A stretch of 64,000 bases of DNA from Verrucomicrobiota bacterium (GCA_049510745.1 JBEKYR010000001.1:1-64000); one strand, 5' to 3'. Shown: positions 49,741-60,061, numbered from the stretch's first letter. Numbers and translations: made by a program. Notes: generated by a model not told the origin, from the sequence alone.

Positions 49741-51096
49741 ATGACCGCCACGAACGTCGCCCCATTCGCCGCCGCCGCCGCGCCGCCCGCCCCGCGCCTC
49801 TCGCAATTGCGCGGGTTGGATTACTCGGTTGTCCAGCAATGCATGCATTGCGGCCTTTGCCTGCCGACCTGCCCGACTTACGACGCCACCAAACTGGAAC
49901 GCCACAGCCCGCGCGGACGCATCGCCCTCATGCGCGCCATCGCCGATGGCCGTCTGGAACCGACCCGCATCTTCGGCGATGAAATGTATTTTTGCCTCGG
50001 CTGCCTGGCTTGCATGACGGCCTGCCCCGCCGGCGTCAATTACGCCGAACTGTTCGAGCACGCGCGCGCGGAAGCCGAGGAAAGCGGCGCCTTGCGCAAT
50101 CCCAAGCGGAGCTTCATCCGCTGGCTGACGATGCGCTGGCTTTTCATGGATTTGCGCCGCCTGCGGTTTGTGGGGGCGTTGATCCGCCTTTATCAGCAGT
50201 TGGGCCTGCAAGGGCTGTTGCGCGGTTCCGGCGTGCTCAAGCTCGCGCCGCGCCGCCTGCGCGAGTTGGAGGCCATGACGCCGGTCGTCCAGCTAAAATT
50301 TTCCGCGGAGCTGATCGCGCCCGTCACGCCCGCCGTTGGCGGCAAGAGATTTCGCGTCGCCCTGCTCACCGGCTGCGCCCAGGACTTGATGTTCAGCGAC
50401 GTCAACCGCGACACGGCGGAAGTCCTGGCCCGGAACGGTTGCGAAGTGGTCACACCGCCCCGCCAGAATTGCTGCGGCTCGCTCCACGCGCACAATGGGG
50501 AATTGGGCATGGCCCGGGCCTTGGCCCGCAAAAGCATCGACCTATTCCCGCCGGAACAATTCGACGCCATCATCAGCAACGCCGCCGGCTGCGGCTCGCA
50601 TCTGAAGCATTACCGCCGCCTGCTGGCGGACGATCCGGTTTACCGCGCCCGCGCCGCGCTCTGGGACGCCAAGCTCAAGGACATCCACGAATGGCTCGTC
50701 GCCATCGGCCTGACGCCGCCCAAGGCCGGCGCCGCCGCCCGCACCGTCACTTATCACGAGGCCTGCCACCTGTGCCACGGGCAGAAGATCACCGCGCCGC
50801 CGCGCCAATTGCTCGGCGCGATTCCGGGGTTGAAGCTGGTCGAGTTGCCGGAGAGCGATTGGTGCTGCGGGAGCGCGGGGATTTACAACGTGATCCAGCC
50901 GGAAATGGCCAATAAACTACTTGACAGGAAGCTCGGGCACATCGTCTCCACCGGGGCCCAGGTGGTCGCCGTGGGGAACCCCGGCTGCCTGGCCCACATG
51001 GCCAACGGCATCCGGCGCGACCACCTGCCGGTGCGCCTGGCCCATCCCATCACCTTGCTGGCCGAAGCCTACCGCGCCGAATCGCCCCAGCCGTAA
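49741..51096 (+). CDS. glcF: Glycolate oxidase iron-sulfur subunit-like (Fe-S)-binding protein
   Basis: CMHCGLCLPTCP and CLGCLACMTACP ferredoxin motifs; SPRGRI; two CCG domains; YHEACHLCHGQ. Confidence 0.85.
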   Translation: MTATNVAPFAAAAAPPAPRLSQLRGLDYSVVQQCMHCGLCLPTCPTYDATKLERHSPRGRIALMRAIADGRLEPTRIFGDEMYFCLGCLACMTACPAGVNYAELFEHARAEAEESGALRNPKRSFIRWLTMRWLFMDLRRLRFVGALIRLYQQLGLQGLLRGSGVLKLAPRRLRELEAMTPVVQLKFSAELIAPVTPAVGGKRFRVALLTGCAQDLMFSDVNRDTAEVLARNGCEVVTPPRQNCCGSLHAHNGELGMARALARKSIDLFPPEQFDAIISNAAGCGSHLKHYRRLLADDPVYRARAALWDAKLKDIHEWLVAIGLTPPKAGAAARTVTYHEACHLCHGQKITAPPRQLLGAIPGLKLVELPESDWCCGSAGIYNVIQPEMANKLLDRKLGHIVSTGAQVVAVGNPGCLAHMANGIRRDHLPVRLAHPITLLAEAYRAESPQP

Positions 51097-51120
51097 CCGG
51101 TCCGGAAAAGCGGACGAGCC

Positions 51121-52437
51121 TCACGTCGCGGGCGCGGGCGGCACATCCTGAATCCGCGCGAACTGCACCAGCAGATCGACCACCTTTTCGCTCAGGATTT
51201 GATTGTAAATGTCGGCCAGCCGCCCGGATTTCTCGAAATCCTTGACCAGCTTGTCCATCGGGATCTTGTACTGCGTGGCGAGGTCTTGCAAACGCCGCGC
51301 GATCTCCATTTGCTCGACCCTCACGCCCTCCTTCTCCGCCACCCGCTGGAAAATGAAAGTGGCCTTGACCCGCTGCTTGGCTGTGGCGTTGGCCGTGGCG
51401 TAAATCTGCTCCTTTTGCGCGTCAATCTCCTCCTTGGAGATGCCGCGCTGCTGGTTATCGTGGACAATGCCATAGACCACGTTGCGCGTCTCGTCCTCGA
51501 CGATGGACTCCGGCAGGTCGCACTGGACTTTGTTGAGGAGATTCTGCGTCACCTGGTTGCGGATGGTGCGGCTTTGTTTCAGGTTCAACTCCCGCTGCAA
51601 ATCCGCCCGCACGCCCTCGCGCAGTTTTTCCATGTTTTCCGCCCCATACGCCTTGGCAAACGCGTCGTCCACCGCCGGCACCTTCTTTTCCTTGGCCTCG
51701 ACCAATTCCACCTCGTAAACGCCCTTCTTCCCCGCCAATTGCGGCACCACAAAATCGGCCGGAAAATCAACCGTCACGGTGCGCTTGTCACCCGCCTTCA
51801 TGCCGATCAATTGCCCGCCGAACCCCGGAATAAACGACGTGGCATCGACATTGACCCAGAAACTCTTCTGCTCGGTCAACCCGCGGGCCGTCGGCGCCGT
51901 CTCGGTTATGGGCCGGCCTTCGCAGGCGCCGGTGTAATTGACCACGGCGACGTCGCCGGCTTTCAACTCGCGCGCGACGGTCGGGAATTGCGTCTGGCGC
52001 TGCGCCAGCGCGTAGAGCGCCCGCTCGATGTCTTGGGGCGTGACCGAGGCGATCTCCCGCAAGGCGGGCAGGCCCTTGTATTCGGGCAATTCAAATTCCG
52101 GGGCGATTTCCAGGTTCGCGGCGAATTGCAGCGGCTGGCCGCGGGTGAATTGAATCTCCTCCACGTCGGGCTGGCCGACGACGGTCAATTTCTGGTCCGA
52201 CACGGCCTTTTTGTAAGCCTCGCTGATGAGCTTGCGTTTGACCTCCTCCTGGATCTCGTTCTCGAATCGTTTGGCCACCATTTCCTTGGGCGCTTTGCCG
52301 GCGCGGAAGCCGGGAAAGCGGGCTTCGCGCTGGAAGTCGCCGGTGACTTCCTTGAAGGATTCCTCCACCTGCTCCGGCCCGATTTCGACCCGCAACAAAC
52401 GTTTGCAGGGCGCCAATTTTTCCACCGTTACATTCAC
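51121..52437 (-). CDS. tig: Trigger factor
   Basis: PGFRAGKAP ribosome-binding motif; FIPGF..QLIGMKAG FKBP domain. Confidence 0.95.
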   Translation of the reverse strand: MNVTVEKLAPCKRLLRVEIGPEQVEESFKEVTGDFQREARFPGFRAGKAPKEMVAKRFENEIQEEVKRKLISEAYKKAVSDQKLTVVGQPDVEEIQFTRGQPLQFAANLEIAPEFELPEYKGLPALREIASVTPQDIERALYALAQRQTQFPTVARELKAGDVAVVNYTGACEGRPITETAPTARGLTEQKSFWVNVDATSFIPGFGGQLIGMKAGDKRTVTVDFPADFVVPQLAGKKGVYEVELVEAKEKKVPAVDDAFAKAYGAENMEKLREGVRADLQRELNLKQSRTIRNQVTQNLLNKVQCDLPESIVEDETRNVVYGIVHDNQQRGISKEEIDAQKEQIYATANATAKQRVKATFIFQRVAEKEGVRVEQMEIARRLQDLATQYKIPMDKLVKDFEKSGRLADIYNQILSEKVVDLLVQFARIQDVPPAPAT

Positions 52438-52750
52438 AAAAAGCCTTTCGATTCCGCGCGCCGGCCCCCACTGGACTTGAAAGGTTCCGTCCCCATCGCA
52501 ACAACGTGGGATCAGGCCGCCCGCGAATTGGACAAGCTAAGGAGAGCCGCCCGGCGCGTCAAGCCAGCAAAAAAAACCAATCTTGGCAAGGGCGCATCTC
52601 CATATCTGGACACCGGTCAGCGCGGCTGGAGGGCCAACCTTGAATGGACAAGGATGAAGGATGAAGAGCCATTTCCTTTGGCACTTGTGAGGTTTTTCGT
52701 CTTCGGTCGCTTGTCGCTGGTTCCGGGTATTTTTAGAATTTCATTTTTTG

Positions 52751-52810
52751 GCCCGATTTAGCCGGATTTGGCCGGATTTGGCCGGATTTTTCCGGATTTG
52801 TCCGGGTTTT
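52751..52810. repeat. Six tandem 10-bp units (consensus GCCGGATTTG)
   Basis: gcccgattta gccggatttg gccggatttg gccggatttt tccggatttg tccgggtttt. Confidence 0.9.
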
Positions 52811-52994
52811 TAGATTCGTTTTCCGGTTTGACTCCGGCATTTTTTGCCGCTTCTTGGGGTAGTTCCCGGTGCTGGCGGTGCATCGCGTCTGCGGTTGGGC
52901 CGGTGCAGGACTGAGCTTTTGCGTCAAGGCTGTCACCTGCAAATGACGGCGAATGGTGCATACGAGGGCGAACGTCCAGGGTTTGACTGGTGAG

Positions 52995-53030
52995 CCAATG
53001 GGACCAAGGGGACGAATGGGACGAATGGCT
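52995..53030. repeat. Four tandem 9-bp units (C[CG]AATGGGA-like)
   Basis: ccaatggga ccaagggga cgaatggga cgaatggct. Confidence 0.8.
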
Positions 53031-53611
53031 GATGCGATGGGAGAGGTCTCCGAGCCACGGGCCGGCGTTGACCGGGCCGCACTGAGCACTTTGCCTGTTG
53101 CATGTATCATTCATGCTGGCTCGATTTAAGCACAGGTCTATCAAGACGAAAAACCTACGGAAGGAAAAAAAAGCGAATTTTATGAGGGTGCGGAATGGCG
53201 GGGGCGATGTTGACCACGAAAGGCACGGAATAGACGAAAAGGGGTGCGGAATTGCCACGAAATTCCATTTCGCTGAAGCCATGGAGGACGGACAACTGGC
53301 AAAAGCCTTGGCGACTTCTTGGGAGCGCGATCGCCCCGCTGCACTCCCTATGCCACGCCCAACGCTCCGCCGCTGAAGGAAATCACTGCCCGAACCGGAG
53401 TCATCCCGCCGCGCTCCAATACGTGCGATTGCCCGCGGCAGGCGCAACTCAGGCAAACGCCAGCGTTCGCTTTGCCCGCATCCCCCACACCCGATTCTTT
53501 GACACCTGCCACCGTGCCGCGGAACGCCGCGCTTGCCCCGTGTCTGGCTTGTCTGTTACTCTCTGCAACGACACGGCGAAAACGATGAAAGTGAAAGTGA
53601 AATGAGGGGCG

Positions 53612-54076
53612 ATGAAATTGTATATCGAAACCAGCGTGCCGAATTTCCTGTTCACGGAGGACGCGCCGGAGAAGCGCCGCGTGACGGAAGTTTTTTTTGA
53701 GTGGCTGAAGTTTTCTGAGCATAAGGTGTTCAGTTCTGAAATCGTGTTCGAGGAGTTGAGGGAAGCGCCCGAAGGCAAGCGGAACAAACTGCTGCGCGCC
53801 CTGTCGGATCTCGAACCCGCCATGATCCCGGTGACGGAGGAAGCCGCCCGATTGTGCCGGTTTTATCTCGACCGCGGCATCCTGCCGCCGCGCTATTAGA
53901 ACGATGCCATTCAAATCGCACTGTGCGTCTGCCAGGAAATGGATTTTCTGGTGACCTGGAACATGCGGCACATGGCGAATGTATTCCGGCAGGAAAAAAT
54001 CAACCGGGCGAACTTGGAATTTGGCCTGGATGCGATTAAAATAGTGACACCGGAGCATCTGATTTATGAGGACTAA
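53612..54076 (+). pseudogene. PIN-domain (VapC-like) gene interrupted by an in-frame TAG
   Basis: MKLYIETSV...SEIVFEEL...PPRY*NDAIQIA...LVTWNMRHMAN...IVTPEHL; TAG at 53897-53899; the frame continues to TAA at 54074-54076. Confidence 0.85.
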
Positions 54077-54485
54077 AGAAGCAGAAGTGACGCGCGAAAT
54101 CCGCGCGGTGCGCGACCGGATGGCGCGACGGGTGGAGCAGGAAGGCATCTTCGCGTTTTACGCTTCATTGGAAGGACGCGCCGCGAAGCTGATGGCACAG
54201 CACCGCTCCCCGCAGCGCGCGGCGCGGCCCCGCAGCATCCAGGCCAGAAAAGCAATGCGCCGCGCCTTGGTGGACGCGCTGCCGGAACCCGGGGCGATCC
54301 AGGAAATCCGTCGCATCCGTGAAGAAATGCTCGCGGAAGAAAAACGCGTCGGCAGTGACAAGTATTGGGCGGAAGCCAACCGGCAGGGCAAGGAGTTTGC
54401 CCGCCGGCATGGGCTGAAATATGTGGAGTCACCGTCGAGCGCTGATGTTCTGCACGACAAACCCGCAAAACACAAAGTCCACTGA
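54066..54485 (+). CDS. Small helical protein with an internal duplication, putative partner/antitoxin of the PIN gene
   Basis: Overlaps the PIN end; two modules, VTREIRAVRDRM and AIQEIRRIREEM. Confidence 0.65.
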   Translation: MRTKEAEVTREIRAVRDRMARRVEQEGIFAFYASLEGRAAKLMAQHRSPQRAARPRSIQARKAMRRALVDALPEPGAIQEIRRIREEMLAEEKRVGSDKYWAEANRQGKEFARRHGLKYVESPSSADVLHDKPAKHKVH

Positions 54486-54494
54486 CGAACCGCG

Positions 54495-54596
54495 ATGCCA
54501 CGCAAAAAGAAAGACGCCGTTGACCAACCCGCTTTGCTGGAAGCGCGAGTTTCAACCGCGCCGTGCCTGCCGGCCATCCGCGAGAAGGTCAAGGCG
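54495..54596 (+). pseudogene. Possible N-terminal fragment of a type III restriction (Res)/DEAD-box helicase gene
   Basis: MPRKKKDAVDQPALLEARVSTAPCLPAIREKVKA resembles, from memory, the N-termini of such proteins; truncated next to an IS fragment. Confidence 0.45.
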
Positions 54597-54622
54597 TCGC
54601 TTTGCCCTGATTCCAAAACCCG

Positions 54623-54750
54623 TCCACCATCATGACCAGCAACCGGCCACTGGAGGAATGGGGCAAACTCCAGGGCGACGTGCCCATGGCCGGTGCGATC
54701 CTGGACGGTTTCCTGCACCACGCCCAGACCATTGCCATTGCCGGAAAGGA
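54623..54750 (+). mobile_element. IS21-family istB (ATPase helper) C-terminal remnant
   Basis: STIMTSNRPLEEWGKLQGDVPMAGAILDGFLHHAQTIAIAG matches the IstB TSN...W...AILDR.LHH pattern; no Walker A or istA present. Confidence 0.8.
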
Positions 54751-54996
54751 GGACCAAGCAAGAAGATCAAATCCAAGCCCAACGACCCAGGCTGCGCCGG
54801 AGGCTTCGCCGAGGCGAGACCTTTGACCGCAGAACCGGCGAGCTGAATGGCTCACAACCGGTTCTGCTCGTTTTACTTTGCTGCTGGCCGATTATGAAAA
54901 ACGCTCGATTTTCGCCGCAAATCGGCCATACTGGGCGCACCGTTTCAATATACAAAACAACCGTTGTACGATAAACATCAAGCGGCATACGGCTCG

Positions 54997-55434
54997 ATGA
55001 GGATCACAACCTTCCAGCAGACATCGCACATCCGTGCTTACTGGTATGCGTGGCTTGGCATTGCAGCGGTGGCACTTGTGTTGCGTTTCACAGTGTTCCT
55101 CGGAGCCAGCGAGCAGCGACTTTTCGGCCTCGCCACTGCCTATATGATTAGCACATGGTTGCCAATTATTGCATTAAACCTCGTCGAGGGGCGCCGTCTG
55201 ACTGCATACCTGAGAATTCATCACCCTCAGCAGTGGGAGCAGATTAGCTATATTTCATTTCTGGGTTTCGCGGGTCGCAACGGGTTCCGGGAGACGCGCT
55301 GGCTTTATTCACAAGACGATTTCGGCGATCCTGTCGTCGCCAGCATGAAAAAAGAACGCCGGAGATTCATCCGCTGGGTGCTTACCGTATTCTTCAGCTA
55401 CATCGTGATGATGCCAGTGTTGCTGGGCCTATGA
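54997..55434 (+). CDS. Hypothetical small membrane protein
   Basis: Three hydrophobic segments; visibly more AT-rich codon usage than flanking core genes. Confidence 0.65.
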   Translation: MRITTFQQTSHIRAYWYAWLGIAAVALVLRFTVFLGASEQRLFGLATAYMISTWLPIIALNLVEGRRLTAYLRIHHPQQWEQISYISFLGFAGRNGFRETRWLYSQDDFGDPVVASMKKERRRFIRWVLTVFFSYIVMMPVLLGL

Positions 55435-55646
55435 ATAAGCTGCCTCAGCAGACATGAAGCAATTGAATAGCCCCTTGCTTGCATCAAGAAACCTCCTATG
55501 AATAAAGCACCTCGGAGTGGCCGGTTTTCAACCGCTCGGTGACACATTTTGGGTGAGTCCCCAAGCACATCGCTCGTCATTCGGCTGAAAACAAGCCCGC
55601 CCTATTCCGGCGTGCATCTGTTGAAGAATTCGGTGATGCTTGAGGG

Positions 55647-58394
55647 ATGATGAAATGCGTGTTCAGGGTTTTCACGGCGGCGGGGCTGTTTTTGTGCCTG
55701 GGATTGGGGATGGCCGGTTCGGCTTCGGCGAAGCTGGCCCCGGTTGATTTGCAGTGCGAATACGCCGCGGACCCGTTGGGAATTGACGTGCCCGCGCCGC
55801 GCCTGTTCTGGAAACTGGCCGGCACAACCCGCGGCGAGCAACAGGGCGCTTACCAGGTGGTTGTCGCGACGTCGGAGCGGGCGCTGGCGCGGAACACCGG
55901 CGTCCTCTGGGATAGCGGCAAGGTGGTTTCGGACGAGTCAATCCAGATTCCCTACGCCGGCCAGCCACTGGAGTCCTCGCAGCAGGTGTTCTGGAAGGTG
56001 CGCGTCTGGGAGCAGCACGATAAAGCGTCGCGGTGGAGCAAACCGGCGTGCTGGACGATGGGGGTGTTGAAGGAAGCGGATTGGAAAGCCAGTTGGCTCG
56101 GCGCCCCGCGCGCGGCGGCGACGAATCACAACTGCGAGACCCTGCTGTTGCGGCGCGAATTCGCCGTGAAATCCGGGCTGCGCCGCGCGCTCGCCCATGT
56201 CTGCGGCTTGGGTCAATACGAACTTTTTCTCAACGGCGCGAAGGCCGGAGACGATCTGCTCTCTCCCGGCTGGACCAAGTACGACAAGACCTGCCTCTAC
56301 GAGACGCGCGACATCACGGCTCTGCTGCGCAAGGGCACTAACGCGTTCGGCCTGCTGCTCGGCAACGGGATGTACAACGTCGCGCCAGGTCGTTACACGA
56401 AGTTCACGGGCTCGTTCGGTCCGCTCAAAGCCATTGCCCAGGTGCGCCTGGATTACACCGACGGCACGACGGAAATCCTCGGCACGGATGAGCAGTGGCG
56501 GGTCGCTCCCGGCCCGATCACGTTTTCGTCCGTCTATGGCGGCGAAGATTACGACGCGCGACTGGAGCCGCGCGGCTGGAACCGGCCGGGCTTTGACGAT
56601 GCGCAATGGGAACGGGCGGCCGTGGTGGAAGGTCCGGGCGGAGAGCTTCGAGGGTTTTCGTGCGCCGCGCCGCCGTTGCGCGCGATGGAGACGCTCCGGC
56701 CGGTGCGGGCAAATCCACTTCAGAGCAATGTCACCGTCTATGATCTTGGGCAGAATGCGCCCATCATGGTTTGGTTGAAGGCGCATGGGCCGCCGGGTTC
56801 GAGCGTCCGGGTGATCCCGGCGGAGTTGCTGAAGGAAGACGGTTCAGTGGATCGCAAATCGTGTGCTCCTCCTGGCGGGGGGCCGGCGTGGTGGCAATAC
56901 ACGCTGGCCGGCGACGGTGAAGAGACTTGGTTCCCGAAGTTTTTTTATCATGGCTGCCGTTATTTGCAGGCGCAACGCTCGCCGGCGCCGGGCGGCACTG
57001 AGCTTCCCGTGGTGGATGCCATCGACGGTGTGGTGGTGCATTCGGTTTCCAGGCCGGTGGGTGAGTTCGCCTGCTCCAACGAGTTGTTCAACCGCATCCA
57101 TGCGCTCATCCGCTGGGCGCAGCGCGCGAACATGGTCAGCGTGTTGACAGATTGTCCGCACCGCGAGCGGCTGGGCTGGCTGGAGCAGTATCACTTGAAC
57201 GGCCCGTCGCTGCGTTATGAATTTGACCTCGCGCGCCTTTTCGCCAAAGGGATGAACGACATGGCGGACTCGCAATTGCCCGACGGACTGGTGCCCGACA
57301 TCGCGCCCGAATATACTGTTTTCCCCGGGGGTTATCGCGACTCACCGGAGTGGGGCAGCGCCTTCGTGATCGTGCCCTGGCAGCAATATCAGTTTACCGG
57401 CGACCGGGATTTGCTCCGGCGTTACTACGAGGGGATGAAACGCTACGTGGCCTATTTGGGCGCCAAGGCCAGCAACCAGATCGTGTCGCACGGTTTGGGC
57501 GATTGGTACGACATTGGCCCCGGACGGCTTGGCGAAGCGCAATTAACTCCGAAAGCTCTGACGGCCACGGCGTTTTACTATTATGACACCTGGATTCTTT
57601 CGCAGACGGCTGCGCTGCTGGGCAAAACCGGCGAAGCCGGGGAATTCACCCGGCAGGCCGAAGACATCCGCGCGGCCTTCAACCAAAAGTTTTTCAACCC
57701 GGCCAATGGCAGTTATGCCACAGGCTCGCAGTGTGCCAATGCGATTCCCCTGGTGATGAACCTGGTCGAACCCGCCCACCGCGGCGCGGTCCTGGATGCC
57801 CTTGTGGCGGATGTGCGCAAGCGCGGCAATGCCATCACCGCCGGCGACGTGGGCTACCGCTATTTGCTGCGCGCGCTGGCGGAGGGCGGCCGTTCGGACG
57901 TGATCTTCGACATGAACAATCAGTCGGACAAACCGGGTTACGGCTACCAATTAAAGATGGGCGCGACCAGCCTGACCGAAGCCTGGAACGCGGATCGCGG
58001 CTCATCGCAAAATCATTTCATGCTCGGCCAGATCATGGAGTGGTTCTATGCCGACCTGGCGGGCATCGCCCCCGATCCCGCCGGACCCGGATTCAAAAAA
58101 ATCCTGCTTCGCCCCCAGCCGGTGGGCGACGTGGCCTGGGTCAAGTGCGCTTACGATTCCGTGCGCGGCCGAATCGAGTCCGATTGGAAACGGACGCATG
58201 GCAGATTCAAATGGACGGTGACAATTCCGGCCAATACGACCGCCACGGTTTTCGTGCCGACGCGGCGGGCCGAGAGCGTGACGGAAGGCGGAGACGTTGC
58301 CGCGAAGTCGCCCAACGTGCGGTTCCTGCGGCAGGAAAACGGCCGCGCCGTCTATGAAATCGGTTCCGGCACTTATCAATTTGCCTCCGACTGA
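55647..58394 (+). CDS. Alpha-L-rhamnosidase (GH78)
   Basis: Signal peptide; PLGID..PRLFW, WDSGKV, GLGQYE, YDLGQN, TDCPHRERLGW, GDW, GATSLTEAW, SQNHFM. Confidence 0.94.
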   Translation: MMKCVFRVFTAAGLFLCLGLGMAGSASAKLAPVDLQCEYAADPLGIDVPAPRLFWKLAGTTRGEQQGAYQVVVATSERALARNTGVLWDSGKVVSDESIQIPYAGQPLESSQQVFWKVRVWEQHDKASRWSKPACWTMGVLKEADWKASWLGAPRAAATNHNCETLLLRREFAVKSGLRRALAHVCGLGQYELFLNGAKAGDDLLSPGWTKYDKTCLYETRDITALLRKGTNAFGLLLGNGMYNVAPGRYTKFTGSFGPLKAIAQVRLDYTDGTTEILGTDEQWRVAPGPITFSSVYGGEDYDARLEPRGWNRPGFDDAQWERAAVVEGPGGELRGFSCAAPPLRAMETLRPVRANPLQSNVTVYDLGQNAPIMVWLKAHGPPGSSVRVIPAELLKEDGSVDRKSCAPPGGGPAWWQYTLAGDGEETWFPKFFYHGCRYLQAQRSPAPGGTELPVVDAIDGVVVHSVSRPVGEFACSNELFNRIHALIRWAQRANMVSVLTDCPHRERLGWLEQYHLNGPSLRYEFDLARLFAKGMNDMADSQLPDGLVPDIAPEYTVFPGGYRDSPEWGSAFVIVPWQQYQFTGDRDLLRRYYEGMKRYVAYLGAKASNQIVSHGLGDWYDIGPGRLGEAQLTPKALTATAFYYYDTWILSQTAALLGKTGEAGEFTRQAEDIRAAFNQKFFNPANGSYATGSQCANAIPLVMNLVEPAHRGAVLDALVADVRKRGNAITAGDVGYRYLLRALAEGGRSDVIFDMNNQSDKPGYGYQLKMGATSLTEAWNADRGSSQNHFMLGQIMEWFYADLAGIAPDPAGPGFKKILLRPQPVGDVAWVKCAYDSVRGRIESDWKRTHGRFKWTVTIPANTTATVFVPTRRAESVTEGGDVAAKSPNVRFLRQENGRAVYEIGSGTYQFASD

Positions 58395-58404
58395 GCATGC
58401 CCTT

Positions 58405-60000
58405 ATGAAACGATGGCGCCATCACTGGCCTGTCCTGGCCCTGGTGCTGGTTCTTCTGTTTGTCACGGCGGTCCGGTGGCGGGTGCGGGCGATGCCGCTG
58501 GAACGGGACGAGGGAGAGTACGCCTATGCCGGACAATTGATGCTCGACGGCATCCCGCCTTACCGGTGGCTTTACAACTTCAAGATGCCCGGCATCTACG
58601 CGGCCTACGCCTTGATCATGGCCGTCTTCGGGCAAACGCCATCGGGCATTCACGTGGGCTTCCTGCTGGCCAACCTGGCGGCGATTGTCTTGACGTATCG
58701 GCTGTCCCGGCGGTTCCTCGATCCGCCCGCGGCGGCGGCGGCCGCGGCGACCTACGCGCTCTTGTCGCTGAGCCAGGGCGTGGTCGGAATGGCCGCGCAC
58801 GCGACGCACCTGGTGGTGCTGGCGGCCCTGGGGGGGTTGATTCTGCTCTTGCGCGGGCAGGAACGGGGCCGGCTGGGAACGTTTTTCTGGAGCGGCGCGC
58901 TCTGCGGCGTTGCCTTTTTGATGAAGCAACCGGGGGGCGCCTTTGCCTTCCTGGGGCTGTCGGTGCTGGCCTGGGCCGCATGGCGGGAGCGGCCCGTCTC
59001 CTGGGGGAAGCACGGAGGCAGGATGGCGGCGTTTGCGACCGGGGCGCTGGCGCCGGTATTGTTGACGTTCTGGCTGTTGTGGCGGGCGGGGGTCTGGGCC
59101 AAGTTTTGGTTCTGGACGGTGACCTATGCGCGGGTTCACGCGACGCTGGCGCCCTGGTCGTTTGGCCGGGAAAGATTGGCCGTCTTTTTTGGCGGCTTGG
59201 GATGGGACGCGGTCTTCTGGGTCTGGGCCGCGTTGGGCCTGGGCTGTGTGCTGGCCGCGAAGAAGGGCGACAAGCGATTCTTTCCGGTGGCGCTGCTGGC
59301 CTTTTCGGTCGCCGCGGTTTGCCCAACGTTCCATTTTTATCCGCATTACTTTGTCCTGCTGCTGCCAGCGATTGCGCTCTTGACAGGCGAGGCGCTGGCG
59401 GCGGCGGCGGAGCGGAAGGCGCCGTGGATTTTCTTCGCCGCCTGCTGGGTTTTTCTCGTCGCGATCCATCGGGAAGCCTTCTTCAAGTGGAAACCGGACC
59501 AGGTCAGCGGCTTTACTTACTGGCGGAACGCCTTCCAGGTCTATCCACCCATCGGCGAATACCTGAAAACAAACACGCCCGCCGGGGCGACGCTGGCGGT
59601 GCTCGGCTCCGAGCCGGAACTGTTGTTTTACGCGCACCGGCGCTCGGTCACGGGCTACATTTACATGTACGACGTGGTCGAGGACCAGCCGCTGCGCGAG
59701 CAAATGGAGCGCGAAATGATCGGCGAAGTGGAGCGGGGCCGCCCGGACTTCGTGATTTTCGTCAACTCGGGCCTGTCGTGGATACCCTCGCGTTCCGAGG
59801 ATTTCGAGGCCATCAAGCAGTGGATGGAGCAGTACACCGACAAGTTCTACGAACCTTACGGTTTGGCGACTTTTCCTCCCTACACCATCTATTGGGGCAA
59901 GGGCAGTTTTCAGCGTGTGCCGTCCGCGCAAAGGTTTGTCTGGATTTTCAAGCGGAAGGGAAACGACAATCCCGCCCTGCGGGGCGGTCATAATTCGTGA
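58405..60000 (+). CDS. ArnT/PMT-like GT-C membrane glycosyltransferase (GT39/GT83-like)
   Basis: PLERDEGEYAY, GIPPY...KMPG, AFLMKQ, YPHYF; many TM helices. Confidence 0.85.
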   Translation: MKRWRHHWPVLALVLVLLFVTAVRWRVRAMPLERDEGEYAYAGQLMLDGIPPYRWLYNFKMPGIYAAYALIMAVFGQTPSGIHVGFLLANLAAIVLTYRLSRRFLDPPAAAAAAATYALLSLSQGVVGMAAHATHLVVLAALGGLILLLRGQERGRLGTFFWSGALCGVAFLMKQPGGAFAFLGLSVLAWAAWRERPVSWGKHGGRMAAFATGALAPVLLTFWLLWRAGVWAKFWFWTVTYARVHATLAPWSFGRERLAVFFGGLGWDAVFWVWAALGLGCVLAAKKGDKRFFPVALLAFSVAAVCPTFHFYPHYFVLLLPAIALLTGEALAAAAERKAPWIFFAACWVFLVAIHREAFFKWKPDQVSGFTYWRNAFQVYPPIGEYLKTNTPAGATLAVLGSEPELLFYAHRRSVTGYIYMYDVVEDQPLREQMEREMIGEVERGRPDFVIFVNSGLSWIPSRSEDFEAIKQWMEQYTDKFYEPYGLATFPPYTIYWGKGSFQRVPSAQRFVWIFKRKGNDNPALRGGHNS

Positions 60001-60061
60001 CATGGGCCGTTGCCGGTAGTACCTTCGCCAAATTGGAGCCGGCACGCTCTGTTCCCTGTCG

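Noticed and set aside
52438..53600. tRNA gene upstream of tig as an island integration site
   Set aside because: No cloverleaf, T-loop GTTCRA context or CCA end could be found by eye, and there is no integrase; a tRNAscan run would be definitive
53897..53899. Pyrrolysine or genome-wide TAG recoding
   Set aside because: TAG is used as a normal stop at natural gene ends (989, 18907, 21102, 44452) and no pyl genes are present in the window
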